Assembly (NCBI GenBank): GCA_964409985.1
Contig: CAYPEZ010000004.1
Location: 1-33,493 of the forward strand
DNA: 33,493 nucleotides
Direction: 5' to 3'
Source of the DNA: an uncultured Candidatus Saccharibacteria bacterium
Lineage (GTDB): Bacteria; Patescibacteriota; Minisyncoccia; Phycocordibacterales; UBA6899
Position numbers and translations under genes: made by a program
Shown here: positions 32,477-33,493 of the stretch, one piece after another
Layout of the letters: the number at the start of each line of letters is the position of its first letter
How positions within the stretch are numbered: the stretch's first letter is position 1
The notes under the pieces: model-generated
What the model saw: only the letters and a program-made list of their open reading frames with translations
Told to the model about the DNA's origin: nothing
The model's database searches: none

Positions 32477-33406
32477 ATGATAACAGTGTCTGAGCTTGCA
32501 AAGGATTTTCTTGCTTATGTTGAAGTGGAGCGAGGGCGTAGTGTGAAAACAGTTGAGAACTATGCACATTATCTTGAGCGTTTTTTAACACAGAGCAAGG
32601 TGAAACACCCAGAAGATATCACTGATGGAGTGGTAAGAGACTACCGACTCTGGCTCAATCGTCAGCCGGGAATCACGGGAGGTGCACAGGGGTCCACGAT
32701 GAAAAAGCGTACTCAGAATTACCACCTCATCGCACTCCGAGCGTTCCTCAAGTATTGTGTGAAACGGCGGATCCCTTCGCTCCCCCCTGAATCTATTGAA
32801 CTCGCAAAAACCCCTGAACGTCAGATTGATCTCATTACTCCCATTGAGCTTGAGCGTCTCATGAAATCGCCACAAGGATCCAGTATCCAAGCTCTGCGAG
32901 ACCGAGCGATTCTCGAACTCTTTTTTTCAACGGGGCTGCGTGTGTCAGAACTCTGTTCTCTACCTCGAGAGATTGACCTTACCCGCGATGAACTGTCAGT
33001 TCGTGGGAAGGGAGAGAAAGTTCGTGTCGTCTTTTTGTCTGATGGAGCCAAGCGGGCGGTGAAACAGTATCTCGACAAGCGTGACGACACCGATGATGCG
33101 CTCTTTGTGCGCCAGCGGATGAACCGAGAGAAATCGGATGGGAATGCGTCGCTCCGCCTTACTCCACGTTCTGTCGAACGGTTGATCAAACATTATGCGG
33201 TGAAAGCAGGCATTTCAAAGAAAGTCACCCCACACGTGATTCGCCACTCGTTTGCGACAGATCTTCTTGAGAACGGTGCCGACCTCCGATCAGTCCAAGC
33301 ACTTCTTGGTCACGCAAATATTTCGACAACGCAAATCTACACACACGTGACTGACGCAAAGCTTAAAGAAATCCACAAACAATTTCACGGGAAACGACGA
33401 ACATGA
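32477..33406 (+). CDS. XerC/XerD-type tyrosine site-specific recombinase
   Basis: The 309-aa product has an N-terminal SAM-like core-binding domain (FLAYVEVERGRSVKTVENYAHYLERF). The catalytic motifs are ELFFSTGLRVSEL (Arg I) and HVIRHSFATDLLENGADLRSVQALLGHANISTTQIYTHV (HxxR...Y). Confidence 0.9.
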   Translation: MITVSELAKDFLAYVEVERGRSVKTVENYAHYLERFLTQSKVKHPEDITDGVVRDYRLWLNRQPGITGGAQGSTMKKRTQNYHLIALRAFLKYCVKRRIPSLPPESIELAKTPERQIDLITPIELERLMKSPQGSSIQALRDRAILELFFSTGLRVSELCSLPREIDLTRDELSVRGKGEKVRVVFLSDGAKRAVKQYLDKRDDTDDALFVRQRMNREKSDGNASLRLTPRSVERLIKHYAVKAGISKKVTPHVIRHSFATDLLENGADLRSVQALLGHANISTTQIYTHVTDAKLKEIHKQFHGKRRT

Positions 33407-33493
33407 CTCACTGTGTCAGACGTTTGAGTTGCAGGTCGTCTGTCTCATATATTGATGACCAAGATGAGAACTGTATACTTCTCTTATGCGTAT
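33403..33493 (+). CDS. possible partial CDS translationally coupled to the recombinase
   Basis: The ATG at 33403 overlaps the recombinase TGA as ATGA, and the frame stays open to the window end (MTHCVRRLSCRSSVSYIDDQDENCILLLCV). Only 30 aa are visible, so this could be chance. Confidence 0.2.
   Translation, partial: MTHCVRRLSCRSSVSYIDDQDENCILLLCV

Noticed and set aside
32477-33406. The tyrosine recombinase as the integrase of an ICE carrying the T4SS-like operon.
   Set aside because: It lies about 12.7 kb from the operon and is separated from it by core genes (rsmA, pcrA, comM, pnp, rpsO). It has the typical XerC/D length and motifs. I saw no flanking direct repeats or tRNA attachment site.
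33415-33450. The inverted repeat CAGACG...CGTCTG after the recombinase gene as a terminator or dif-like site.
   Set aside because: It has only a 6-bp stem, a 14-nt loop and no T-run. It may lie inside a downstream coupled ORF, and it has no resemblance to the 28-bp dif architecture.
1-33493. Alternative genetic code (UGA recoding, as in some CPR lineages).
   Set aside because: Long ORFs are intact under the standard code, and TGA is used as a functional stop, for example in rnpA (ATGA overlap with yidD), the recombinase, and the 9157..10428 gene.
1-33493. CRISPR arrays, IS elements or transposases, and rRNA/tRNA genes.
   Set aside because: I saw no regularly spaced direct repeats, no terminal inverted repeats flanking a transposase-like ORF, and no intergenic region long enough or structured enough for rRNA or tRNA genes.

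Overview
This window looks like the replication-origin neighbourhood of a small, tightly packed bacterial genome. It is probably a Patescibacteria/CPR (Parcubacteria-like) organism; that is inferred from gene content and protein style, not from any search. The standard genetic code applies, since TGA, TAA and TAG are all used as stops.

Layout:
- 0-8 kb: a class A PBP, a DUF721-like ORF, dnaN and dnaA on the minus strand, facing rpmH-rnpA-yidD-yidC-jag on the plus strand. DnaA-box clusters sit on both sides of dnaA.
- 8.0-19.8 kb: a 10-gene minus-strand operon with gaps of -4 to 70 nt encodes a minimal type IV secretion-like apparatus. It has a VirB2-like pilin module fused to a Cys-rich extracellular domain, a PrgI/VirB3-like protein, a VirB4 ATPase split into two ORFs by a single in-frame TAA, and a VirB6/TrbL-like polytopic protein with a long charged tail. 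Six exported or membrane proteins of unknown function complete it. No coupling protein, relaxase, VirB11 or adjacent integrase is present. This is the most interesting system in the window.
- 19.9-33.5 kb: mostly housekeeping. It holds a fused membrane/spermidine-synthase-like protein, rsmA, pcrA, a LysM-M23 peptidase, comM, pnp, a NYN-domain gene inserted between rpsO and pnp, two small acidic ORFs and a XerC/D-type recombinase.

No rRNA, tRNA, CRISPR array or transposase was seen.
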